Below are positions 9,830 to 19,040 of a stretch of DNA of 58,148 nt, piece after piece (position 1 is the first letter of the stretch; every line of letters begins with the position of its first letter). The translations under genes were made by a program, and so were the position numbers. This DNA comes from a virus (Duplodnaviria; Caudoviricetes): positions 1 through 58,148 of IMG/VR virus record IMGVR_UViG_3300027707_000021; one strand, given 5' to 3'. The notes under the pieces were generated by a model, which was given only the letters and a program-made list of their open reading frames with translations, did not search any database and was not told where the DNA came from.

Positions 9830-10804
9830 TTATCTGTTTAAAATTTCTTTAAGTATAGGTTTTAATGTTTGATGTACAATATCAAAACCATGTTCACGCA
9901 TAGAATCACTAATATCTTTAGACAAGGGCAATGCAAAGCCATCTAGATTATATAAACTTTTATACTTATCAATTGCTAGACTACCTGCAGTATCATTATC
10001 AAAGAATGTGATTACTTTTTTGTATTTCTTTTTTAAATGCTCAACAACATGGGGCTTAATCATTGTATTCTCACTGTCTGGTGCCAGTACTTCAATGTTA
10101 TAACCAATACTTTTAAGACATAAGGCATCTTTTAATGATGAACAAATTACTAAATAAGGTTGAGTGTAGGTTAATTGATCAAAACCTTGAAGATATGATT
10201 TTACTTTATGAAACTTATGTTTACTTGATGGTTGATATATCTTATACAACTCATCATCTTTATCAAAATATCCATAGATAGAATGTCCTTCAATCTTTAA
10301 CTTCTTAACTTCACTATTTTCTTCTTTAATTAAATTGTAATACTCAATAGGTTTAACATTATATTCTTTTAATAGGTTTAACCCTATTCTAAAATTTAAC
10401 CAATATCTACCATCATTTTCAGTCCACTGTCTTGTATTAACAAAATCAATTTCCCATTTTGCTTGAACTTTAAAAGATACTTGTTCAAAATCAGTTGTTT
10501 TAACATAATTGTTATAATCATCTACTATTTTTCTAACAGCATCTCTATATTCCAAATTAAACATAAGTTTAACTAAGTCTATTTTGCTACCATTTTTACC
10601 AGTTGAAAAGTCCTTGAATTTATACATATTTATAGATTTATCTACATATATACAAAAGCTAGGAGTTTTGTCATTAGGATTAAAGATTGATTTAATCTTC
10701 ACATCCTGACCTGTTAAGGGTTCTGATAAGTTTAAATAATATTGAAACACCCAATAGCTAGGAACATCTGAATCTTCTAATACTAAATTTTTTGTGTTAA
10801 GCAT
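9830..10804 (-). CDS. DNA primase (degenerate CHC2-like N-domain plus TOPRIM)
   Basis: DKTPSF...FKDFSTGKNG and TOPRIM FDNDTAG, KDISD. Confidence 0.85.
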   Translation of the reverse strand: MLNTKNLVLEDSDVPSYWVFQYYLNLSEPLTGQDVKIKSIFNPNDKTPSFCIYVDKSINMYKFKDFSTGKNGSKIDLVKLMFNLEYRDAVRKIVDDYNNYVKTTDFEQVSFKVQAKWEIDFVNTRQWTENDGRYWLNFRIGLNLLKEYNVKPIEYYNLIKEENSEVKKLKIEGHSIYGYFDKDDELYKIYQPSSKHKFHKVKSYLQGFDQLTYTQPYLVICSSLKDALCLKSIGYNIEVLAPDSENTMIKPHVVEHLKKKYKKVITFFDNDTAGSLAIDKYKSLYNLDGFALPLSKDISDSMREHGFDIVHQTLKPILKEILNR

Positions 10805-10817
10805 ATTAAGAATATAA

Positions 10818-10853
10818 ATAAAAATGGGACTGACATATTATAGCCAGTCCCAT
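10818..10853 (-). terminator. intrinsic terminator after the SSB-like gene
   Basis: ATGGGACTGGC-TATAATAT-GTCAGTCCCAT followed by TTTTATTT. Confidence 0.7.
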
Positions 10854-10867
10854 AATTAAATTAATTA

Positions 10868-11545
10868 TTACAAATCAAAATCATCACCAGAACCAGTTGA
10901 AGCAGGTTCAAACTGACTTGTTGTAGGTGAATTTTTCTTCTCTATTTTTCTTAAGTGATTAACATTATTGCTATCAAAAGTTAATAATTTAGAATTTTCA
11001 ACATTCAATGCTTCTATAGGCACACCTTCTTTACTAATTTTAGGTAAGTAAAGATCATTGTTTACATAACCCTCAGTGTTTTCCCACTCACGTGCACCAA
11101 GACATACATTTACATATGTTGGACCTGATAATAATTTATCACATTTTACCATCCAGTCTTCAATTGTATTAGCTTGAATAGCATCTAATCCAGCTCTTTT
11201 ATCTAAAGCCTCAGCTAAAAATATCATTGCTTTCATTACCTCAGTATCTCTACTAATTTCTTTACCACTTGGTAATGTAGTGTCTTTATATGGATAAGGT
11301 GAATATCTCACTCTTCCTACTTGACCTTCATAACGTGCACCGTCAGGTTTATTCATATCTTTTAAAAATCCTTGAAAATCTCCTGTCATAGGTTCTGTTT
11401 CTACATGTAACATAATGTTATATGCTTGAGCATCATAAGGAGTTTTATCAAAACTAATTGAATTGATTTTTACTTTGTGATTTCCTGTTCCAACTACTGG
11501 TTTCTCTTTGCCTGAAGCGGCTGACATGTCTTTAGTACTTAACAT
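10868..11545 (-). CDS. putative single-stranded DNA-binding protein
   Basis: Beta-rich body, acidic tail GDDFDL, next to a Sak4-like ATPase. Confidence 0.55.
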   Translation of the reverse strand: MLSTKDMSAASGKEKPVVGTGNHKVKINSISFDKTPYDAQAYNIMLHVETEPMTGDFQGFLKDMNKPDGARYEGQVGRVRYSPYPYKDTTLPSGKEISRDTEVMKAMIFLAEALDKRAGLDAIQANTIEDWMVKCDKLLSGPTYVNVCLGAREWENTEGYVNNDLYLPKISKEGVPIEALNVENSKLLTFDSNNVNHLRKIEKKNSPTTSQFEPASTGSGDDFDL

Positions 11546-11573
11546 AATTGCTTTTTTAATTAATTAATTTTAT

Positions 11574-12257
11574 TTATTCTTCATATTTTTTGATGCAATC
11601 TTTTACAAATTGCAGATTGTTTGGGATGAAGTTTTCCTCAAACATTCCTTGGGGTGATTTACATGTGTTCTCTCCACTGTTTTGTGTTTCAAAACCATAG
11701 ACAAGTTCACCATCATCATTTTTACTAACCTTACCAAATAAAACAATAGAAAATAGGCCTTCTAAAGTTAAAGCATTATCAATCATTTTACCAATTGTTT
11801 TTGCTTTAATTTTTCTATTCCCATTAATATCAGTTGAATCTTCTGAGTGAGTCAAAAAGAATACAGTAAGATCATCTCTCAAATCTTTAGGTAATTTAGC
11901 TACTTGAGCTAAATTTGCTGCAATTTGAGTAAATTTCTCATAACCTTTTTCATTTGCTCTATCAAAATATTCAAAAGAACTCATATATTGCCAATCATCT
12001 ACAACCAAAGTCTTGATGTGTGGCATTTTTTCATTAACATGCAAAATAGCTTTAATAACTCCTGCTGCAGAAGATGATGATGCTAAGTTACCTTTTGGAT
12101 TGTCTTTTGAAATTGCTGAATACATTCCTTTCCAACCTTTAAAAGGTAGTGGTTTGTTTGCAATATTAATTACAAAAGTTTCATCAGGATTTAGATGTCT
12201 GATTGATGTTGATTTGCCGGTCCCTGAGTCAGCAATGATTAATACACTTTGTGCCAT
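11574..12257 (-). CDS. Sak4-like/AAA_24 ATPase
   Basis: ADSGTGKSTS, KPLPF, VVDDWQY, LTHSE. Confidence 0.8.
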   Translation of the reverse strand: MAQSVLIIADSGTGKSTSIRHLNPDETFVINIANKPLPFKGWKGMYSAISKDNPKGNLASSSSAAGVIKAILHVNEKMPHIKTLVVDDWQYMSSFEYFDRANEKGYEKFTQIAANLAQVAKLPKDLRDDLTVFFLTHSEDSTDINGNRKIKAKTIGKMIDNALTLEGLFSIVLFGKVSKNDDGELVYGFETQNSGENTCKSPQGMFEENFIPNNLQFVKDCIKKYEE

Positions 12258-12266
12258 ATTTATTTA

Positions 12267-12809
12267 TTATTTGTTAAGGATACTATTTAATGTTAATTGA
12301 ATTGCTTTAAGTGTCTTATTAATATCAAGCAAAGCTTCAACTAATCCTGGTACTTCTTTTTTATCTGGATTAGGTAAATCAGGATTAGCAAAGTCATGGA
12401 TTAACTTACCTCTGCTTGTTACATCATTTATAATTTTTAACTCACTAACTGGTATTATATGTCTTATAAATCCAGTACTTGATTCAATTAATTCATACTC
12501 TTCTCTCCAATGAGGATTATGTTTATGAAGATACAAAGTTCTTTTTGGGTCTTCTGTATCATAATTTATACTTACAAATTCAGTATAAATATCTTCATTC
12601 TTTTCAAACTCACTAGGAAAAAAACTAACATATAGTTCATCTTTTCCACTTGGCCTATAAGCCATTTTAGGGATATACAGTGCATTAATTATCCCATTAG
12701 TTTGGAAGTAATCTTCATGCTCTTCTCTTAATGCATTTACCTTAACTTTACGTTCATCAGGTGTTATTGCCATTTCTTTTGTTTTATTTAAATTTTTAGT
12801 GTTTATCAT
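12267..12809 (-). CDS. hypothetical replication-module protein
   Basis: Probable start ATG 12809 (MINTKNL) just after the helicase stop; alternative start 12773. Confidence 0.65.
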   Translation of the reverse strand: MINTKNLNKTKEMAITPDERKVKVNALREEHEDYFQTNGIINALYIPKMAYRPSGKDELYVSFFPSEFEKNEDIYTEFVSINYDTEDPKRTLYLHKHNPHWREEYELIESSTGFIRHIIPVSELKIINDVTSRGKLIHDFANPDLPNPDKKEVPGLVEALLDINKTLKAIQLTLNSILNK

Positions 12810-12813
12810 ATTT

Positions 12814-13770
12814 TTATCTTCTTTCTTGAACTCCTGGTGTAGCCATTTCTTCAATTTGCATTGATTCAAACTTAGCTTTAAAGAAACTCATTCTAGTATC
12901 ACCATTTCTTGCTTTAAGAAAATGTAGTACTATGGTTTTATCATCTGCAATAATATATCTATCCGGGCCATAAAATCTAATCTTTTGCTTTGCTGGTCTG
13001 TTGATACCAATTAAAGTATCAGCATGTTGTAGCATAGCATCTGAACCAAATATATCTGACTCAAGAATGTAATTACCATACTTACCATCTATTGCTCTTT
13101 CTGGGTTATCTATATTCCTATTAAGTTGAGATAAAGCAATAAACAAACAAGGATAGTCACGTTTACATTGAGTAAAGAACTCACCTAATTCAAATAACAT
13201 ATCTAATGTATTGTTTTGATAAGGTGCTCTTTTAACCAACATTGTGTGATCCAAAGTAATTATTGTTTTTACTCCTTTGTGTTGATGCATATACATATCA
13301 ATTTGCTCACGCATTTGATTTACAGTCATGGGAGTACTTACAATATCTACAGGATGCTTCACTCTTTCTTTAGCATATTGATGACAAGTATTAAGTGTAT
13401 CAGCAGTAATTAAACTTCCTGCACTACATAACTCTTTATAAGTTTTACCAGTGACAGATGAAAATTCTCTAATTGCTGAGGTTCTACCAACCATCTCATA
13501 TTGAAACTCCAATACTCTAAATGAATCATTAGGATTCAATGCAAAAGACTCTCTTATGATTTGATCTTTAATTAATGTTTTACCTGAACCGGGTCTTCCA
13601 CCAATAACCGTTAATGTATTCCACTCTAAACCATCAGTTGTAGCATCATTGAATTTTGGCCATGGTGTATATATAGACTTTTCCTCACCGGTTTGTCTTT
13701 TATACATGTATTTTAATGCATCATTAAAGGCAGCATATTGACCTATCCAAGATTCTGTTGGTTTACTCAT
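12814..13770 (-). CDS. DnaB-like replicative helicase (C-terminal RecA domain)
   Basis: GGRPGSGKT, EM, ITLDH, LSQLNR, KARNG. Confidence 0.9.
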   Translation of the reverse strand: MSKPTESWIGQYAAFNDALKYMYKRQTGEEKSIYTPWPKFNDATTDGLEWNTLTVIGGRPGSGKTLIKDQIIRESFALNPNDSFRVLEFQYEMVGRTSAIREFSSVTGKTYKELCSAGSLITADTLNTCHQYAKERVKHPVDIVSTPMTVNQMREQIDMYMHQHKGVKTIITLDHTMLVKRAPYQNNTLDMLFELGEFFTQCKRDYPCLFIALSQLNRNIDNPERAIDGKYGNYILESDIFGSDAMLQHADTLIGINRPAKQKIRFYGPDRYIIADDKTIVLHFLKARNGDTRMSFFKAKFESMQIEEMATPGVQERR

Positions 13771-13921
13771 TTTCTATAATGTTTATTACATCTTGAACAT
13801 TTTCTATACTTGCATTACAAGATTTTTCATCAGGTATCCAAGTACCATCTCTTAACATTTGAAAATCTTCTAAAATAAGATTTAATTTATCAAGTATTTT
13901 GTCTATGTTATCTAATATCAT
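13763..13921 (-). CDS. small hypothetical protein (52 aa)
   Basis: Not in the track. MILDNIDKILDKLNLILEDFQMLRDGTWIPDEKSC...; fills the gap and overlaps both neighbours. Confidence 0.6.
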   Translation of the reverse strand: MILDNIDKILDKLNLILEDFQMLRDGTWIPDEKSCNASIENVQDVINIIENE

Positions 13922-14151
13922 AATTTTTCTATTTCTTGTTTAACTTCTTGGTAATATTTATACAAATACCAAACATTATCTGATGTTGGTTCATTTTGCT
14001 CAAACAATTCTTCAAATTCTTTCAATATCTCATCAACTGCTATTAATGCACAAACCACTGCATCTTCTAAAGTTATTTTTACAAATCTTTGTTCAAATAA
14101 ATCTTCTCTTATTTTATAAACTAATTCTTTTGCTTTTTCTTTTGGTGTCAT
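13918..14151 (-). CDS. hypothetical phage protein
   Basis: MTPKEKAKELV...CALIAVDEIL...YYQEVKQEIEKL; small family I recall from Flavobacteria-type phages. Confidence 0.7.
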   Translation of the reverse strand: MTPKEKAKELVYKIREDLFEQRFVKITLEDAVVCALIAVDEILKEFEELFEQNEPTSDNVWYLYKYYQEVKQEIEKL

Positions 14152-14738
14152 ATCACATTTTCTTGAAAGTGTTTAGATTCTGTTTCTATACCATCTCTAA
14201 TCATATCACAGTAATCTGCTAATGTAGATGATTTTACTTTGTGCTTGTCTTGTTTGCATATAAAATACTGACTAGTTTGCATATACATATATTGTGCATC
14301 CCGGTATTCATTTACATACATTTTAGTAGCTTTTATAATTTGTTCCCAAGTATAATCATATGTTTCAAATATCCATCTAAATGATTCAGATAACATTTTT
14401 ACATTAACCCTAGCTGGTTTGCCACTGGGAAGTTTTATATTAGGAAATACTTCCCTATAGATATTTATTTTATCAACAAAGTCTTGACCCATTAACTGAG
14501 CATCTGTTTTCTTTTTTGCTTTGATAAAATAATTATCTAAATGTACTATCAAGCTTTTAGCTTCAGCACTCATTGTATATTTACCATTATCCAAGATTAA
14601 ATAACCTAGTTTTTCTAGAGCTAACTTATCTTCAGTTGTTACTTGAGGCAAAGCAACTCCTTGCTTTATCCCAAATAATAATAGTACCTGATTTGGTGTT
14701 AAATTATTTTTCAGCATCATCTGAAATAGTTCCCACAT
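14148..14738 (-). CDS. hypothetical protein (possible wHTH replication factor)
   Basis: 196 aa, N-terminal wHTH-like pattern, upstream of DnaB. Confidence 0.55.
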   Translation of the reverse strand: MWELFQMMLKNNLTPNQVLLLFGIKQGVALPQVTTEDKLALEKLGYLILDNGKYTMSAEAKSLIVHLDNYFIKAKKKTDAQLMGQDFVDKINIYREVFPNIKLPSGKPARVNVKMLSESFRWIFETYDYTWEQIIKATKMYVNEYRDAQYMYMQTSQYFICKQDKHKVKSSTLADYCDMIRDGIETESKHFQENVI

Positions 14739-14796
14739 ATTGTTTGGTTTTATTTGTAGTTTTAATAATCAGATATATGATTTAAAAGAAGGGGAA

Positions 14797-14804
14797 CAAA
14801 TATA
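14797..14804 (-). promoter_or_regulatory. Bacteroidota sigma70 -7 element
   Basis: TATATTTG matches the TAnnTTTG consensus; intergenic, upstream of 14738. Confidence 0.55.
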
Positions 14805-14812
14805 GACAAAAT

Positions 14813-15553
14813 TTACCAATTAATCAATGGTTTATCTTGTTTTTTTAGTTCTAAATTTACTTTATTAAAGACATCATTATGGTCCCATTCTCCACCTTTA
14901 TATGCAGCTGATGCTGGGTGTGAACATTTAAGTATTTTACAATCAGGTAATAAAGTTTCCCATTCTTCTGCTTTTTTACCCATCAAAATAAAAATTGTAT
15001 TTTTCTTGTGTTTATTAAGATTAGCAAATATGTAATTTGTAAATGGTTTCCATAAGTTATAATGTGAACCAATTTTGTTAACCTCAACGGTAAATGCTGT
15101 ATTAAGTAACAATACACCTTGGTTAGCCCAACGTCTTAAATCACATTCTTCAGGAGTATATATAACTTTACCTGTATCAGTAAAATCACCTATAGTTTTT
15201 TTAAGTATATATTGCAAAGACTTTTCTGCTGTTCCTTTTTTTGAGCAACTAAATGCTAAACCATCTGCTGATCCTAATTGAGGATATGGATCTTGTCCCA
15301 CTATAACAACTTTAAGATTATCATATGAGCACTCTTTGAATGCATTAAATACATCTTTGAATGGTGGAGTAAATCTTAGACCATGGTTAACAGCTGCTTC
15401 TAGAAATACAAATATACCATCAAATGATGAACTATCTATAAAAGGATTAATTATTGTATCCCAACCTGATAGTTCTGAATCAGTTTTTATTTGTGTTTTA
15501 AATTTATTTATGTTTGTTTCCATTTTATTTATTTTAATTTGTATATTTGTCAA
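14813..15553 (-). CDS. ung: uracil-DNA glycosylase family 1
   Basis: GQDPY, GLAFS, GVLLLN, HPAS motifs. Confidence 0.95.
   Translation of the reverse strand: MTNIQIKINKMETNINKFKTQIKTDSELSGWDTIINPFIDSSSFDGIFVFLEAAVNHGLRFTPPFKDVFNAFKECSYDNLKVVIVGQDPYPQLGSADGLAFSCSKKGTAEKSLQYILKKTIGDFTDTGKVIYTPEECDLRRWANQGVLLLNTAFTVEVNKIGSHYNLWKPFTNYIFANLNKHKKNTIFILMGKKAEEWETLLPDCKILKCSHPASAAYKGGEWDHNDVFNKVNLELKKQDKPLINW
15542..15549 (+). promoter_or_regulatory. Bacteroidota sigma70 -7 element
   Basis: TATATTTG 20 nt before the lone plus-strand gene. Confidence 0.55.
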
Positions 15554-15568
15554 TAAATATATTTTACT

Positions 15569-15991
15569 ATGAGTGAAGAAAAAAAATTACAGACAATTGA
15601 TACATATGATTTTAAAGATACCATTAAAGGTATTGAAGTATCAACAGCCTATATTGCAGGGCTTCAAAGAATTTTAACTGATATGTTCATAAATTATTCA
15701 GAAGGAACTGAAAAATTACCAGATTTGTTTAAAAAATTTGAACAAAATCTTGATAAAACTGATGAAGATAAAGGTGACTTGGGTCTTAATAAAGAACAAG
15801 CTGATATTTATACTTTATTTTCACTTCTTCAGTTGTTTAAATATCTTGCTAATAAACAAGGTTTAGCTAAAAAAACTGAAACTACAGCTACTATTGAAGA
15901 ACTAAAAGAACTTGCTACAATGATGTCTAAGCAAGAAGATGTAACTGCAAAGTTAAAAGAACTTCAAGACAAGATAAAAGTCATAGATTAA
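15569..15991 (+). CDS. hypothetical protein, lone plus-strand gene in the early arm
   Basis: 140 aa, exactly fills the gap and has its own promoter motif. Confidence 0.75.
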   Translation: MSEEKKLQTIDTYDFKDTIKGIEVSTAYIAGLQRILTDMFINYSEGTEKLPDLFKKFEQNLDKTDEDKGDLGLNKEQADIYTLFSLLQLFKYLANKQGLAKKTETTATIEELKELATMMSKQEDVTAKLKELQDKIKVID

Positions 15992-16375
15992 TTATCTTAA
16001 TTGCATTCCGCTAAAATCTCCTATTTCTATACAAGCTTGAATAGCCAGGTTTAATTCATCTTTGTCACACTGACCAAAAGACTTGCAGTACTCTTCTTTA
16101 TTTTTTGTAAAGCAGAGTCCTGCTTTTCTTTTTACTACAAATTTAGCCTCTTCAAATGTATATCCTATTTCTTGAGCTATTTCTCTAATCATTGCATGCA
16201 GTCTAGCTAATTGGGGATTACTCCCTTTATCACCACTTACACCAATAAATATTTCTAGTTTAACTCCTTCAGGTTGATCATTCAAAAACTTCTGATACTT
16301 ATTACCTATAGCTTTCATTGGAAAAACTAATGCACCATTTTTAACAGTGCACTGGACAAATAAACTATCCTTCAT
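15992..16375 (-). CDS. NinB/Orf-like recombination protein (tentative)
   Basis: SNPQLARLHAMIREIAQEIG resembles the NinB helix motif. Confidence 0.45.
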   Translation of the reverse strand: MKDSLFVQCTVKNGALVFPMKAIGNKYQKFLNDQPEGVKLEIFIGVSGDKGSNPQLARLHAMIREIAQEIGYTFEEAKFVVKRKAGLCFTKNKEEYCKSFGQCDKDELNLAIQACIEIGDFSGMQLR

Positions 16376-16769
16376 TGGTTTGTATTTCTATTAATTTTTT
16401 AAGACATTCAAGTTCTGCTTCTTCGTAAATAGTATACATTCTTTGTATTGGTTTATCTGCTCTTCCTATTTCTATAAAATAACTAATCATAAATCCAAAT
16501 GTTTTATCATCATCTATAAAGATTTCATAATAATAATCATACTTCTCTCTAAACCATCTAAATGCTTGTTGGTAAAGTGGTGCTGAACATATAATATCTT
16601 CTGTTTGGTTTGTGATTAAACCATCAGTATCAAAAAGTAAAGCTCCACAACCGTACAAGGTGGGTATTCTTTCTTTTGTTTTATAAGTCCAAGATGCTAA
16701 ACAAGGTTTATCAAATCCTAATTCTTTTAAAGCAAGTGCTTGTTCGTAAGGGACAAATTCTTTTTCCAT
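16365..16769 (-). CDS. hypothetical phage protein
   Basis: EFVPYEQALALKELGF...APLYQQAFRWFREKY...YEEAELECLKKLIEI. Confidence 0.7.
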   Translation of the reverse strand: MEKEFVPYEQALALKELGFDKPCLASWTYKTKERIPTLYGCGALLFDTDGLITNQTEDIICSAPLYQQAFRWFREKYDYYYEIFIDDDKTFGFMISYFIEIGRADKPIQRMYTIYEEAELECLKKLIEIQTNEG

Positions 16770-17002
16770 TACTTAAATTTTAAAGCTGACCCAACATAAA
16801 TAAAATCTTGACCGCAGCTATCACAAACTGCTTCTAATTCATTTCTATGTAAAGTCCTATTAAAACAATTAGGACAAGGTATTTCTTCTACATAACTAAA
16901 TTCTTCACATGATTGTTTAGCTAATGCTTGTATATGAGCATCGGGATCTCCATTGAAATCACGCTCTATCATATCCATATAAACTTCTTTTATTCTTCCC
17001 AT
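16769..17002 (-). CDS. zinc-ribbon protein
   Basis: CPNC...CDSC. Confidence 0.65.
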   Translation of the reverse strand: MGRIKEVYMDMIERDFNGDPDAHIQALAKQSCEEFSYVEEIPCPNCFNRTLHRNELEAVCDSCGQDFIYVGSALKFK

Positions 17003-17006
17003 AATC

Positions 17007-17294
17007 TTATTCTTTACTTAAATTAAAATTTAATACTTTTACTACTTCAAATGGTTTTATACCATATAAAGTTACTCTTTGAGAGCTCAAGTTATCTCCA
17101 CCAATACAATGTCTTATATCAATTGTGGTTCTAAACTTTGGACATTTTACCATATAGTTTGAAAAAGTTTTGATTACATACTCAATTACTTCTGCATGAG
17201 TTGTATTTACTAAATTCAAATATTCTGTATCTTGACAGTTACCTTTAATAGTTAATCTAATTAACTCTAATTTAGAAGGAGTGTATATTTCCAT
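17007..17294 (-). CDS. hypothetical protein
   Basis: 95-aa packed ORF. Confidence 0.6.
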   Translation of the reverse strand: MEIYTPSKLELIRLTIKGNCQDTEYLNLVNTTHAEVIEYVIKTFSNYMVKCPKFRTTIDIRHCIGGDNLSSQRVTLYGIKPFEVVKVLNFNLSKE

Positions 17295-17297
17295 AAC

Positions 17298-17429
17298 TTA
17301 AATTTTCCAAAACCAATTACCTATCAAATGTATTCTATCTTTAGGATAAAATGCATCATCATCAAAAGCAATCCACCATAACTCAAGTTTCCAAATAAAG
17401 AAACGTCTTTGTGCTACATTATATTCCAT
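17298..17429 (-). CDS. small Trp-rich hypothetical protein
   Basis: Probable start ATG 17429 (MEYNVAQRRFFIWK). Confidence 0.45.
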   Translation of the reverse strand: MEYNVAQRRFFIWKLELWWIAFDDDAFYPKDRIHLIGNWFWKI

Positions 17430-17430
17430 C

Positions 17431-17802
17431 TTATTTCTTTTTAAATTGTTCAATAAACCATTTAGTGTGAGTTTCTGCATAACCAGCAGAATTTACTATA
17501 TCACATTCTTTTTTTATAAACTCATAAAAAGCTATTAAATCATCTTTAGTAAAAAGTTCCTCACTATAACTTCTTTCTTGTTGAGAAATACCAGCATCAT
17601 ATCCTTCACTAAATGTAGTAATGTTTTCAAGTTCACATTTACATCTTTCATCTAATCTAATATTATCTTCATCAAGTTTGTCTTGCTCTTGTTGCCATTT
17701 AACACCATTAATAAATCCTAGAATATAAGCACTATTACCTGCTTCAAATTCCTCTATTGCAGATTTTTCAGCAGCTTCTTCAAGTGTTTCTTGTTTATTC
17801 AT
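17431..17802 (-). CDS. hypothetical protein (KQETLEEAA family)
   Basis: Probable start MNKQETLEEAAE at 17802; GVKWQQEQ and ERSYSEE motifs. Confidence 0.65.
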   Translation of the reverse strand: MNKQETLEEAAEKSAIEEFEAGNSAYILGFINGVKWQQEQDKLDEDNIRLDERCKCELENITTFSEGYDAGISQQERSYSEELFTKDDLIAFYEFIKKECDIVNSAGYAETHTKWFIEQFKKK

Positions 17803-18463
17803 AGTTTTCTTTTTTAAAAATTTCAAATAATTGGTTAGCATTTAAGTAACTATTATCTCCTAAAAACACAGTTGTTTCCCAATTTCTATCACTAACATTT
17901 GGGATATGATAACAATGAAACTGAAAAATAACTTTTTTCAATCTATACCATTCTAAAAACCTAATAGCAGTTGTTTGATTTGATTCTTCAAGTGTTTCTT
18001 GTTTAGGTTCTTCTTTGTATTTAGAGTCACACCAAATTTGACAAAGTTCTTCATTTGGAAAATTAGGTAAACATCCTTCTCCTTGATAAATGTCTTTTAG
18101 TTCATATTTTGCTGGATAATATTCATTTAACTTATCGTGTAATACTCCTACCCAAGCAGTTTTAGGTTCTTCTTTTGTCATTGTTGAATATTCTCCTGAC
18201 ATATATTTCCAAAAATCAACCTTCTCACAACTTGGATTCTTAACAAACCATTCTAAAAACTCATTATCAATAGCTTGTACACCATCTTTGATTAAGTCTT
18301 GGTCTGTTGTTAGGATGATTTTTTTGCAAAACTGTTTAAAATATTCCAAACCTTCAATCTTAAATACTTCATCAATATCATCAACACACCAATCTCCTTC
18401 TTTAATTTCTTTATTAGAAGTGATAAACAATTCTTTTCCTATTTTGTAGATATTTCTTTCCAT
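17795..18463 (-). CDS. hypothetical phage protein
   Basis: Probable start 18463; EIKEGDW...KIILTTDQDLIKDGVQAIDNEFLEWFVKNPSCE. Confidence 0.7.
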   Translation of the reverse strand: MERNIYKIGKELFITSNKEIKEGDWCVDDIDEVFKIEGLEYFKQFCKKIILTTDQDLIKDGVQAIDNEFLEWFVKNPSCEKVDFWKYMSGEYSTMTKEEPKTAWVGVLHDKLNEYYPAKYELKDIYQGEGCLPNFPNEELCQIWCDSKYKEEPKQETLEESNQTTAIRFLEWYRLKKVIFQFHCYHIPNVSDRNWETTVFLGDNSYLNANQLFEIFKKENYE

Positions 18464-19029
18464 GATGTTTTGTTTAAAATATGTGTTATACAAGATTCAC
18501 TTACATTATATTCTTTTGATAGCTTTTTAGCTGAATACTTATAAGGAATATATTTTTGTTTTATTTCTAAAACCTGTTCTTTAGTTAATAATGACCTACC
18601 ATTCTTTTCTCCTGAATATGCGACTCTATGCAAATGAAGTTTGTTTAATCCATTTTTAGAAGCGTGAATATGATTTTGAGAATTAGTACACCATTCAAGA
18701 TTATACATTCTGTTATTAGTTTTATCACAATCTATATGATTTACTTGAGGGTAATCATTCATATTAGTTATAAATGCTTCTGCAACTAATCTGTGTACAT
18801 ATTTATTTACTTTTATATTATTAACAGTAAAACCAACAGTCATATAACCAAGATTGCTTTTAGATTGTTTACATATCTTGCCTTTTCTCCAATAAGGAAC
18901 TCTATTGTTTGGAGCAACTTCTCTATCTAAAGATTTTACATTTCCAAAGTTACTTACCTGATAGATACCTTCATAATCTTTTATGTCTTTCCAAACTTCT
19001 AACTTTGGTAATACGTGTATGTTTTTCAT
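18439..19029 (-). CDS. NUMOD4-HNH homing endonuclease
   Basis: EVWKDIKDYEGIYQVSNFGNVKS (NUMOD4), VHRLVAEAF, VNHIDCDKTNN...NLEW. Confidence 0.92.
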   Translation of the reverse strand: MKNIHVLPKLEVWKDIKDYEGIYQVSNFGNVKSLDREVAPNNRVPYWRKGKICKQSKSNLGYMTVGFTVNNIKVNKYVHRLVAEAFITNMNDYPQVNHIDCDKTNNRMYNLEWCTNSQNHIHASKNGLNKLHLHRVAYSGEKNGRSLLTKEQVLEIKQKYIPYKYSAKKLSKEYNVSESCITHILNKTSWKEISTK

Positions 19030-19040
19030 CTTATTTACTT

